From the NCBI RefSeq assembly GCF_006345805.1, contig NC_043008.1, forward strand, positions 54,498,001 through 54,562,000: a stretch of 64,000 bases of DNA, given 5' to 3'. Both the position numbers and the translations under genes were made by a program. Source of the DNA: Octopus sinensis. Lineage: Eukaryota. The stretch's first letter is position 1. Every line of letters starts with the position of its first letter. This document shows, piece after piece, positions 24,897 through 36,700 of this stretch. The notes beneath the pieces are model-generated. The model searched no databases, had not been told where the DNA came from, and was given only the letters and a program-made list of their open reading frames with translations.

Positions 24897-25944
24897 TAAA
24901 GCTGTTTTAAGGAAAATAGCTCTGGAACTCAATAACATTTCGGGAATCACACATGGTAACTTTGAAAGCCCCCACTTTGACCACCGTTGCTAAATAATTT
25001 CTAAAGTATGTTTGTGGGCCATGCAGAGAGGTGAGTTGAACAGAGCCAGCTAAAGGTACTTCCTTACTCGGGCAATTTACCCGAGGTGCTAATGTGCTTG
25101 GAAGCGTTGCACGGTTTGGGACATATCTAGAAATATCGAGAAAAAAATATATATATATAAATAGTAAAACAGAACATTTCGTTCTAGCATTTAATAAATT
25201 ATAGGTACTTCATTTCTACAATTCCAGTTTTTACGAGCTAGTAGAAACGTTAGAGCATCATTAAAAAAAAAATACTTTACGGAACTTGTTCAGGCCCTTT
25301 ATATTCCGAGATCAAATTTCGCCGAGGCGAACTTTGCTTTTCACCCCCAGCCCACCCCGCGATAAATAAAATAAAGAAATAATTTACAATTGAAGTCGAT
25401 GTCCTCAACTACACCTTCACTTCAAAATTGCTGGCCTTGTGCCTAAAACAGAGACGATATTCACTCCTTTAGAATATTCTTAATTATTCTTGGAAGGGCC
25501 CTAAAAGGTAATTCACTCAGTGTACTGAAAATCAATTGGCCCGGGACACCAGCAATCTTAGGGCTGGCACTGGTAATTCTTACCTTCCGGACAGGGGATC
25601 ATCCTTCGAAGAAAGTTTTCTCCGATTGGATTTTTTTTATATATCCCTTTTAGGGCGAAGGTAAAGAATATGCACACCACTCGTTTTCGGCGTTTAGGAT
25701 TAAGGTTAGGATTAGGGTTAGGGTTAGGGTTACGCCGAAAACGGGTGATGTCCGTATTACTTACCTCCGCCCCTTTTAGCTTATTCCAGTCAGGAGCAAA
25801 CTGCAACCCGCAGGACTTTCTGAATGACACGCCTAACAAGAAATTACCTTGAATTTTTTAGTAGTGCGAGCCACCCGGGGATGAGCCATGTCTCGTGATC
25901 CGCTTCTTGAGAAAGGTTACCCATGCCTGGTTTATTAACCCAAA

Positions 25945-26177
25945 CAAGGCGGCGAGCTGGCAGAAACGTGAGCACGCCGGGCGAAATGCTTAGCGGTATT
26001 TCGTCTGCGTTACGTTGTGAGTTCAAATTCCGCCGAGGTCGACTTTGCCTTTCATCCTTTCGGGGTCGATAAATTAAGTACCAGTTACGCACTGGGGTCG
26101 ATGTAATCGACTTAATACCTATGTCTGTCCTTGTTTGTCCCCTCTGTGTTTAGCCCCTTGTGGGTAACAAAGAAATA
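25945..26177 (+). mobile_element. tRNA-headed SINE family C, full-length, with 16-bp TSD GGTTTATTAACCCAAA
   Basis: TSD copies at 25929-25944 and 26178-26193; B-box-like gagttcaaattcc. Confidence 0.88.
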
Positions 26178-26249
26178 GGTTTATTAACCCAAATTTAACT
26201 GTCAAACTAGGATTAATAAAATACAAACTTTAAATTAAAACTAATTTAC

Positions 26250-26651
26250 CTCTTCGAGGATCTCTTCTTCCTCTTCTACTGGCTTGGCAACCTGCTCTAC
26301 AACCTCGTCTTCTTTAATTTTTCCATTTTGGTCTCCCACATCTGTAGAATCTTCCAACCTATCTAATTCTATCTTTCCTTCTTCCGTTCCTTTTATTTCT
26401 TCTGTTCCTTTTGAATCTTCTACTGTTTCTTTTGAATCTTCTTCGGTTTCTTTTGAATCTACTTCTGGTTCCTTTGAATCTTCTTCTACTTCTGGTTCCT
26501 TTATTCTGGTTTCTTTGTCTAATACTTCCGACGTACTTTCTGGTTCTTCAATTATTTCTGATTTTTCCTTTGCTACTGGTACTTCTACCGGGTTTACTTT
26601 TTCGCTAGCTTCATCTCCGTCCGCAACTTCTTGTAATTCCGTTTCTGACAT
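26250..26651 (-). CDS. LRRC23: LRRC23 orthologue, first coding exon (134 codons, acidic low-complexity N-terminus)
   Basis: ATG at 26651 (MSETELQEVADGDEASEK...EEEEILEE) followed by the donor GAG|GTAAAT at 26250/26249, phase 0, matching the phase-0 start of the next exon. The acidic N-terminus fits LRRC23, but this exon is not alignable by eye; a 5' UTR exon may lie upstream. Confidence 0.8.
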
Positions 26652-27254
26652 TTCCAAATAATCACTTGTTTACTTTCTCTGCAGAATCGAACCTTCTTTT
26701 CAATCTTTCAACCAAATCCTTCAAAAGTTCTTCACAACAGCTAACTTACGAGAGAAATTGTTACTTTCATATTATTTTCTCTTTCTTTCCTTTGTATATT
26801 TTAACTACCCGCTTCTTTCTCCTGTTAAGAAATGGGGGGAATACTTTTAATATATTACAAAAAATAAATAAAAACGACTATATGTGTGTGTGAATGTTTG
26901 AATGTATACCTGTCGATAACTTGGTAACTGGACGGCACTTCCCCTTTACTATTCAATGGTGCACCTTCAGATCTATAGTAATACACGTATTACTATAGTT
27001 TCGAAACTCCACTTTCACATTATTACAAATTAGTGCCCATCCAGAATATTCTGAAGTACCCCAAGCACCAATGTCTGACGACGGGCCTACTGCAATGTAT
27101 GTATGTATGCACGCGTATGTATGTCAAATGTTCTGTCGAATAAATTTTCCAAATTATGTAAGTTATTTAGTATAAAACATCCTAATTTCTACCTAACTCA
27201 TTCGCCTTTCCCACTGTCTTCTTCTTTCTTTCCCTCACTCTGTGTGTGTGTAAT

Positions 27255-27838
27255 TATGTATGTATGTATGTATGTATGTATGTATGATGTATGTATGTAT
27301 GTATGTATGTATGTATGTGTGTATGTATGTATGTATGTATGTATGTATGTATGTATGTATGTGTGTATGTATGTATGTATTATGTATGTATTATATATGT
27401 ATTATGTATGTATTATGTATGTATGTATGAATGTATGTAATTATGTATGTATGTATGTATGTATGTGTGTATGTATGTATGTATTATGTATGTATTATAT
27501 ATGTATTATGTATGTATTATGTATGTATGTATGAATGTATGTAATTATGTATGTATGTATGTATGTATGTATGTGTGTATGTATGTATGTATTATGTATG
27601 TATTATATATGTATGTATTATGTATGTATTATGTATGTATGTATGTATGTATGTATGTATGTATGTATGTATGTGTGTATGTATATGTATGTATGTTTGT
27701 ATGTATTATGTATGTATGTATTATGTATGTATGTATTATGTATGTATGTATGGATGTATATATGTATGTATGTATGTGTGTGTGTATGTATGTATATATG
27801 TGTGTATATGTATGTATGTATTATGTATGTATGTATAG
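27255..27838. repeat. (ATGT)n-derived microsatellite with higher-order duplications
   Basis: Direct reading. Confidence 0.95.
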
Positions 27839-28257
27839 GCCGTCCAAAAAGCCGTAAGTTAGGGGAAATATACAGGCACTAGTGTTATTGTCAACAGAGT
27901 GGGTATATTAACCAACGTATACAGTATTATTATATTCATTAATCTAACTACGTTGTTTTGTGTTTCTTGTTTTCCTTTTTCTTTCATTTTTTTTTTTTAA
28001 ATTCCCCTAAACAAAACATACTTTTAAGTGACATAAAGTCAAACGTTTGTAACCCGGTGACTGAAACTGCTAAATTCAGCTGAAGAGAGAGAGAGAGAGA
28101 ACAGGATAAAGGCTGATATGGAGCTTTCTTACAGAATTGTTCAGTAAATTAACAAAAATAGAGAACTTCTGTAATTAAATAAGTTTCTGTCAAGTATAAT
28201 ATAGGCATCTGTCGCTGGAAGGTTTCGACAAAAATCAACATGCTGGAAGTTACACGA

Positions 28258-28352
28258 CACGTGGCGATGCTGTCGGGGAAGACTTGGCTGGCGTCTAATT
28301 GGTTGTCATAGCAACCGAGAAAATGGCCTCCCAAATAACGTTGCTCTGTCAA
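28258..28352. promoter_or_regulatory. Motif cluster around the X-box: E-box CACGTG (28258-28263), minus-strand CCAAT (about 28298-28302), weaker X-box-like GTTGCTCTGTCAAC (28339-28352)
   Basis: The motifs are read directly from the sequence; their function is inferred only. Confidence 0.4.
28302..28315. promoter_or_regulatory. RFX X-box (ciliary gene promoter element), candidate LRRC23 promoter
   Basis: GTTGTCATAGCAAC fits the X-box consensus GTHNYY-AT-RRNAAC. It lies about 1.65 kb upstream of the ATG in a unique, CpG-richer patch between repeats. Confidence 0.65.
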
Positions 28353-28364
28353 CTAAGGAAGATA

Positions 28365-28416
<52 letters not shown>

Positions 28417-28431
28417 GGGATTTAACAGAAG

Positions 28432-29050
28432 GGATCTTTTCGGTTTGAACGGCAGTTTTTTAAAAAGTAATTTCCACGTAGGCGCAGGAGTGACTGTGTG
28501 GTAAGTAGCTTGTTTACCAACCACATGGTTCCGGGTTCAATCCCACTGCGTGGCACCTTGGAGAAGTGTCTTCTACTATAGCCCCGGGCCGACCAAAGCC
28601 TTGTGAGTGGATTTGGTAGACGGAAACTGAAAGAAGCCCATCGTATATATATGTATATATATATGCGTTTGTGTGTCTGTGTTTGTCCCCTAACATCGCT
28701 TGACAACTGATGGTGGTGTGTTTATGTCCCCGTTACTTAGCGGTTCGGCAAAAAGAGACCGATAGAATAAGTACTGGGCTTACAAAAGAATAAGTCCCAG
28801 GGTCGAGTTGCTCGATTAAAGGCGGTGCTCCAGCATGGCGGCAGTCAAATGACTGAAACAAGTAAAAGAGTTAGAGAGAGAGTAACTAAATACTTTTAAA
28901 CTTCGTATACTGGTAGAATGTGTATATAAAACATCTTTTTCTCTTGACTTTATTGAGAAAATTCTATGGTTTGTAAGATATTTGTTGTTTTATTTACTTC
29001 AATTTCTGCAATTTCAACCAATCAATGACGTCTATTGAGGTGAAAACATA
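28432..29050. mobile_element. Truncated MITE of the ggatcttttcggtttgaacggc family, split by a SINE inserted at 28481-28884
   Basis: The sequences on either side of the SINE join to give the family sequence aatttc...gta|actaaa...aaacttcgtatactggtagaatgtg. Confidence 0.6.
28481..28884 (+). mobile_element. SINE family A, full-length, nested in a MITE
   Basis: ggcgcaggagtgactgtgtggtaag...agtaaaagagttagagagagagta. Confidence 0.88.
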
Positions 29051-29067
29051 GATTACAATCATACTCC

Positions 29068-29528
29068 TTACTCTCTCTCTTTTACTCTTTTACTTGTTTC
29101 AGTCATTTGACTGTGGCCATGCTGGAGCACTGCCTTTTAGTCGAGCAAATCGCCCACATGAATTATTCTTTGTGAGCCTAGTACTTATTCTATCTGTCTC
29201 TTTTGCCGTACCACTAAGTTACAGGGACGTAAGCACACCAGCATCGGTTGTCAAGCGATGTTGAGGGGACAAACACAGACACACAAACATACACATACAC
29301 ACACACGCAGACACACAAACATACACATACACATACACACACACGCAGACACATCTACATACATACGATGGGCTTCTTTCAGTTTCCGTCTACCAAATCC
29401 ACCCACAAGGCTTTGGTCGGCCTGAGGCTATAGTAGAAGACACTTGCCCAAGGTGCCACGCAGTGGGACTGAACCCTGAACCATGTGGTTGGTAAGCAAG
29501 CTACTTACCACACTGCCACTCCTATGCC
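29068..29528 (-). mobile_element. SINE family A
   Basis: Near full-length with an expanded internal (CA)-rich tract. Confidence 0.85.
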
Positions 29529-31074
29529 TACATTGGAATTTGCTGTGGAAATTTCTTTCTATTTGGACAATATCTAATCTTTGTCTATTTCAATGCTAAT
29601 GAAAACTGGATACTTCATTTTTGTATCTGGTTTGCAAGATTCTTTATGTAAATTCATGTTTGAAACAAATTTTGCTGTGTCTTGTAATATTATTTGCTTT
29701 AATTGAATTAAGTTTATTATTTCCAAATAAAATATGTTGGGGGATGCTGAGAATTTTATTCCTGCAAATCCTTTAGTTACTCCCATTCATATTAAACCTG
29801 ATAATTATAGTATGCCATTATAATTAACACATGCACATCTATAATAAATGAAGTCAATAGTCATTGAAAAGGTTGCAAGTAGAAATGAAAGAGTTTTGAT
29901 TAACAAAAACAAAACAAACTAAATGATTAATTAGTTAGATATTTAACCAATTGACTAATTATAAAGGAGTGGTATTGAACCAGTGCATATGTTAATTATA
30001 TTGACAGAGGCAAGTGAAATCGAAATCAAATTTGATGACTGGCATCCGTGCTAGTGGAGCGCTAAGAGCACCATCCGTGCGTGATGGTTGCCAGAGCGGC
30101 TGACAGGCTTCCATGCCGGTGGCACGTAAAAGGCACCATTCGAGCATGGTCGTTACCAGCATTGCCTTACCGGCACTTGTGCCAGTAGCACATGAACATC
30201 CATGCTAATGGAGCGCTAAGAGCACCATCCGAGCATGATCGTTGTTAGAGCGGCTAACTGGCTTCCATGCTGGTGGCACGTAAAAAGCACCATTTGAACG
30301 TGATCATTACCAGTGTCGCCTTACTGGCACTCGTGCTGGTGGCACGTGAAAAAACATTCTAGCGAGGTTGTTGCCAGCGTTTATCCTATGCTGGTGTGTT
30401 TATCTCCCCGTAACCTAGCGGTTCAGCAAAAGAAACCAATAGAATAGGTAGTAGGCTTACAAAGAAAAAATTCTGGGGTTAATTTGCTCGAGTAAAGGCA
30501 GTGCTCCAGCATGGCCACAGTCAAATGACTGAAACAAGTAAAAGAGTAAAGAGTATACATATGTGTGTATATATATGTGTGTATGAATGATAGGGTACAT
30601 TTACAGGCAAATTTGAACCACACACATACACATTCACACTCACACATGTACAATCACACATCACACACACACACACATCGTTCATCATCGTGTGTGATGG
30701 CAACAGATGATGGTGATGGTGATGGTGATGGTGATGGTGATGGTGATGGTGATGGTGATAACTCATTGAAAACTTATTAAAAAGCCATCATAGGAAAGGG
30801 TAATGTTTAAAACATCTTATGTATTTGACTCCCTGTGGCACGTGCATACATCTATATAAAAGTGTACATGTATGTGTGTGTGTATATATATATATGTGTG
30901 TGTGTATATATATATATATGTGTGTGTGTGTATGCATATATGTGTGTGTATGTATGAATGGTTCACTGAATGTTATAACAAACGAACAAACATTTAATTA
31001 TAACTGGATCGTTCTCCATCTTTAACATAGAACCATGGACAGGGAGGTGGTCTTGTACATTCTATTATCTAAAT

Positions 31075-31556
31075 CAGGGGTGGGAAAACCCCCACACGAG
31101 GGCACAATTGCGTTTGCAAGCCCATTTTATGGCACCCACAGGCTGGTATACTTGTATGCACAAAATATAGTAAATTTTTCAATCATAAAATTTATACAAT
31201 ATACATATGCCTATTTGCAACATAGGTTGCGTTTCCTCTATGACTTAAAACGATTAGACTTAAACAGAAAATCGTCCGGCAATTGTCATTTGAATGGAAA
31301 TTTTTACGGAGATGTACTTGCATAGCAAGTGATTTGATCTGAGATCGTGTGCTGAAACGAAAACAATTGCAGCGTGGAAGGTGTTTATAAGCCATTTAAG
31401 AAACACACAAAAGCCGTTCGATTCACTTCAACATTTAAGTTTAATTTGTCAAAATATTTTTGTCGCTCTAAGACAACGACTTGTTCACTGACAAAAATCC
31501 GTGCTTTCACTATAAAACTCATATTGCTAGGTTTGTACCACTCCCTTGACACCCAA
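31075..31556. mobile_element. Possible hAT-like MITE remnant
   Basis: Left end atctaaat|caggggtgggaaaac is hAT/Charlie-like; the right end (ttgacaccc) is only weakly complementary. Confidence 0.3.
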
Positions 31557-31675
31557 CTACACTCTAGCTGAAAAATATAGAATACCTCATAAGTAATATA
31601 AACATCCTAAATTCTGTGGCATTAATGAAGATGTTACACATTAATTAATGTATTAATGTAAACTTATCTTTATTA

Positions 31676-32020
31676 ATGTATCCTCCCCAAACCTCACCCC
31701 ACATTACCTTCCCAGTTTTCAGAGTTGGCACTGTGAATGTTGGCACACTGAAAGGTAGATCTAGTGAGATTGTAGAGATGCTTGAAAGGAGATGGGTTGA
31801 TGTATGCTGCATACAAGAGGTAAGATGGAGAGGAGCTTCAGCTAGGGTCCTCGCAGGCCAGACACATAGGTATAAAGTCTTCTGGCAAGGTAACATGGAT
31901 GGTGTAGGGGGTAGTTGGCATACTCCTTGCGGAGAAATGGGTGGAAAAGGTCATAGAGGTTGTCTGGGTATGTGATAGAGTGCTTAAGCTCAGGCTAGTC
32001 CTACAGAACAGCACAGCTAC
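31676..32020 (+). mobile_element. RTE-clade LINE AP-endonuclease fragment
   Basis: FRVGTVNVGTLKGRSSEIVEMLERRWVDVCCIQEVRWRG is the EEP/APE N-terminal motif; it is frameshifted after about 75 codons. Confidence 0.8.
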
Positions 32021-33383
32021 AGCTACCAAATCCACTCACAAAGCTTTGGTCGGCCTGAGGCTATAGTAAGAGACACTTGCCCAAGGTACCACGCAGTGGG
32101 ATTGAACCTGGAACCATATGGTTGGTAACGAAGCAACTTACCACACAGCCACTCCAATATACAAGATGACATAGTAATGTAAGCGGCATTGTTTTGGTGT
32201 ATAAGTGGACTTAACTACTTTTTCTGGTTGTAAATTTTGGTTGCAAAAATTCCACTTCTATGCCAGAAATTACAGTGTATCATGTGAGATGATTTGAAAA
32301 ATATTTAGCTGCTGTTTGTAGTGGAATGAGCAGCCACATACTACATAGAAGTTCTGTTGTTTGTCCATTGAGTATTGATACCAAAAGGATCAGATGCAAA
32401 GTCTTTAAATGCCAAGCAAGAATTGAATTCAGAAAGATTAGAGGGTGATTCTAAGATATTGACATTTTAGTCAAACATTCACCTCTTTGTAGCTCTCTCT
32501 CTCTCCCTCTCTCCTCTCTCTCCCCTCTTCTTGCTCTTCTCTCCCTTTCTCTCTCTCTCATTCTCTTTTTCCCTCTCTGTCCTGTCTCTGTCTCATTTCT
32601 CACCTTTCTCTTGTTCTCTCCTATTCTCCCCCTCCCATTTCTCTCCTCTCTCCTCTCTCTCACATTTCACTCCCTCTTTCTCTCTCAGGCTTCTCCCCTC
32701 CCTCTCTCCCTCTCACATTCTGCCACCCCTTTCTCCTATCCCAACTGGGGTACTTCTACATCTCCTCAACAGCATCACACCTCTATCTGTCCCTCAATCA
32801 TTTTCTAATCTCTCATCACCTGGCACAAACCCACCTACAACTTCATGCTATTCTCCCCTCAGTCGAAGGGTCCTTGTCTTACAAGTTTCTTGGTGACTTT
32901 GCTGGGGCTAGTGCAATGTAAAAAAAAGCACCCAGTACACTCTGTGAACTGGTTGGCATTAGGAAGAGCATCCAGTCATAGAAAGCATACCAAAACAGAC
33001 AGAAGAACTTGGTGCAAGTCTCTGGCTTGCCAGCTCCGGTCGAACCATCCAACCTATACCAGAATGGAAAGTGGATGTTAAATTATGATGACAACCACAA
33101 TAACAATGATGATGACAACGATGATGATGGTGATGATGACGATGATGATGACAACGATGACGATGACAACAATGATGGTGATGATGATGATGATGATTTA
33201 CCCATTTCTGCCAAAGTTATAACCCTTCGAGCCCTAATAATTTAACCAAAACTGTTTTAATAATTATAATTTTAACAGATTCCTACGTGTCCTCAAACAC
33301 ATGCACACAGACACACACAGACTCACATATACACACACACATATATATATACATATACATGCATACATATGTGTGTGTATCTA

Positions 33384-33438
<55 letters not shown>

Positions 33439-33654
33439 CCTATATATATAATATGTATGTGTGTGTATATATATATATTATATATATATATATATATAAA
33501 CGTATGCACATTATATAATAAATATAAATATATATATAATATGTACATATACATATATATATATATATGTATATGTATGTATGTAAGTATGCATTATATA
33601 TATATATGTGTGTATATGTATCTATGTATATGTGTGTGTATGTATGTATACATG

Positions 33655-33700
<46 letters not shown>

Positions 33701-33703
<3 letters not shown>

Positions 33704-34185
33704 TCATCATCATCATCATCATCGTTTAACGTCCGCTTTCCATGCTAGCATGGGTTGGACGGTTCAACTGGGGTCTGGCAAGCCCGAAGGCTGCACCAGG
33801 CCAGTCAGATCTGGCAGTGTTTCTACAGCTGGATGCCCTTCCTAACGCCAACCACTCCGAGAGTGTAGTGGGTGATTTTATGTGCCACCGACACAGGTGC
33901 CAGACGAGGCTGGCAGACGGCCACGCTCGGATGGTGTTTTTTATGTGCCACCGACACAGGTGCCAGACGAGGCTGGCTGACGGCCACGCTCGGATGGTGT
34001 TTTCTTATGTGTCACCGACACAGGTGCCAGACGGGGCTGGCGGACGGCCACGCTCGGATGGTGTTTGTTACGTGCCCTCAGCACGGAGGCCAGTCGTTGC
34101 GGTACTGGCTACGATCACGTTCGGATGGTTTTCTTATGTGCCACCGGCACTGGTACCACAAGGATACAAATTCCATTGATGTTCA
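33701..34185 (-). mobile_element. Retroposon family B directly continuing an RTE 3' end
   Basis: Same strand as, and abutting, the pentamer tract of the RTE fragment at 34192-34530. Confidence 0.8.
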
Positions 34186-34191
34186 TCTATT

Positions 34192-34530
34192 TTGATTTGG
34201 TTCGATTTGATTTGATTTGATTCGATTCGATTCGATTCTCACTTGCCTCAACAGGTCTTCACAAGTGTCACAAGAAGGAAGGTATGCACAGGTGGACTGA
34301 CTACGTCCCAGGTAGGGGCCATGGATTATGGCTTCACTAGTCTTGCCGGGTCTTCTCACGCACAGCATACTTCCATAGGTCTCGGTCTCTAGTCATTTCC
34401 ATGGTGAGACCTAACGTCCGAAGGTCGTGCTTCACCACTTCGTCCCAGGTTTTCCTGGGTCTACCTCTTCCACGGGTTCCCTCAACTGCTAGGGATTGGC
34501 ACTTTCTCACACACCTATCTTCATCCAACA
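34192..34530 (-). mobile_element. RTE-clade LINE ORF2 C-terminus, 3' UTR and (GAATC/AAATC)n pentamer tract
   Basis: LAVEGTRGRGRPRKTWDEVVKHDLRTLGLTMEMTRDRDLWKYAVREKTR is a canonical RTE C-terminus. Confidence 0.8.
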
Positions 34531-34867
34531 CTATATATATATATACACACACTATATATATATGCAATTTGTTGCTATTTAGAAATAATTCTAATTACAC
34601 TGAATAATTTTCTCTCAGAAAGCAATTAAAAGAAATCAACTTTCATTCGTCGTATTTTTATTGTAAAACCATCTGTTTTGCAATTAAAACTATTATTATT
34701 AAGATTATTTGTTTATTTTTTTTTTCTTCATCAAAATCGGTTCATATTGAGAATGAACATAGATGTCACTGCAAGTAAATAATGGCTCACAAATAACTGA
34801 CCCTCTTTATCACACACACACACACACATACACACACATCACCACCACCACCACCATGATGATGGTG

Positions 34868-34908
<41 letters not shown>

Positions 34909-34979
34909 CACACACACACACATATCATCATCCTCATCATCATCATTTAATGTCCGCTTTCCATGCTGACATAGGTTGG

Positions 34980-35107
34980 ACCACCATGCTGGAAATAGCA
35001 GTCAAAATTTGGCTCTAAAACAACGTTAAATGTTCATAAGCACCAGTGTATGAACATTTAATGTGGTTTTAGAGTCAAGTTTTGACTGCTATTTCCAGCA
35101 TGGTGGT
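34980..35107. repeat. 128-bp near-perfect hairpin (59-bp arms)
   Basis: accaccatgctggaaatagcagtcaaaa...aatgttcata / tatgaacatt...ttttgactgctatttccagcatggtggt. Confidence 0.85.
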
Positions 35108-35357
35108 ATCTCTAAGATACCCTAAATTATGATGCTAAATAATTATTACCTTTGAAGGTTTTTATTCCCATGCTGGCCACCTGATATAATCGATATTTAA
35201 ATATTGTTCTTATCCTTATTTATATAAATTCATATGAGAATTTTTTGCGTAATGAGATAAAAAAAAACCAAGGCTGTGTAGATATTAGAACATTTATAGA
35301 TAGAAGGTCTTACAGTGGTTTCCAAGATATTTATTAATTATGTTCCCGACTGGCTTC

Positions 35358-35612
35358 CGTGCCGGTGGCACGTAAAAAGCACCATACAATCGTGGCCGTT
35401 TGCCAGCCTCGTCTGGCACCTGTGCCAGTGGCACGTAAAAACCACCCACTACACTTATGGAGTGGTTGGCGTTAGGAAGGGCATCCAGCTGTAGAAACAT
35501 TGCCAGATCAGACTGGGCCTGGTGCAGCCTTCTGGCTTCCCAGACCCCAGTTGCACCGTCCAACCCATGCCAGCATGGAAAGCGGACGCTAAACGATGAT
35601 GATGACGATGAT
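35358..35612 (+). mobile_element. Retroposon family B, 5'-truncated
   Basis: Matches the family 3' part and tail. Confidence 0.8.
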
Positions 35613-36029
35613 CCCTTCATCGGAGACGGTGTGAGAGGATGGTTAAGTAATAGTTAATTTAGATAGGATACAAAATAGAGAGTGAGGTGGAGGAAAGAAA
35701 ATAGATGTAAGCTATGTAGGGATATTGAGGTTGTAGATCCATTTTTTAAGCAGAATGGTATATATGTAAGATTCCAATACCTTATGAGTAAAATCTAACA
35801 GTACTTAAAATTGGTCACACAAATACACATATGTATGTATATGTAGATATGTATGTGTGTGTGTTTGAGGACATGTAGAAATTTCTTAAAATTATAATTA
35901 TTAAAACAGATTAGTTAAATTATTAGAACTCGAAGGGTCGTTTGGTAGAAATGGGTATATCATCATCATTGTCATCATCGCCATTGTTGTGGCTGTTGTT
36001 GTTGTTGCTGTTCTTGTTGTTATATATAT

Positions 36030-36242
36030 TTCTTTTACTCTTTTACTTGTTTCAGTCATTTGATTGTGGCCATGCTGGAGCACCGCCTTTAGTTGAGCAA
36101 ATCAATCCAAGGACTTATTCTTTGTAAGCCTAGTACTTATTCTATCGTTCTCTTTTTTGCCAAACTGCTAAGTTACAGGGACATAAACACAACAAACAAC
36201 TCGGTTGTCAAGTGATGTTGGAGGGGACAAACACACATGCAT

Positions 36243-36302
<60 letters not shown>

Positions 36303-36478
36303 TGAGATCAATGTAAATGTAAATGTATTTTCTATTTCTATTTCTATGTCTTGTTATATTTGTAATATATCAAAGTATAATATCATTGCTGTGGTGTAAT
36401 GGTTTAATAAAGTATTGTTTGGGTATTATCTGATGGTTGATGATTGATTTAGGTATGCTTCTCCATTTTCTAATTTTG

Positions 36479-36517
<39 letters not shown>

Positions 36518-36700
36518 TAGATAGATAGATAGATATAGATATATATACATATATATACAATGAGCTTCTTTCAGTTTCAATCCACCAAATCCACTTGCAA
36601 AGCTTTGGTTGGCCCGTGGCTATAGCAGAAGACACTTGCCCAAGATACCACGCAGTGGGACTGAACCTGGAACCATGTGGTTGGTAAGCAAGCTACTTTA
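36030..36700 (-). mobile_element. SINE family A split by about 330 bp of microsatellite and AT-rich sequence
   Basis: 3' half at 36030-36235, 5' half at 36560-36700. Confidence 0.75.

Noticed and set aside
26660-26745. Short upstream reading frame CCEELLKDLVERLKRRFDSAEKVNK ending just before the LRRC23 ATG
   Set aside because: It has no ATG, is only about 25 codons long and shows no recognisable homology; it may simply be 5' UTR or intron.
29574-29786. 70-aa minus-strand [15 protein letters not shown]...
   Set aside because: No recognisable motif and an AT-rich composition; probably chance or decayed TE.
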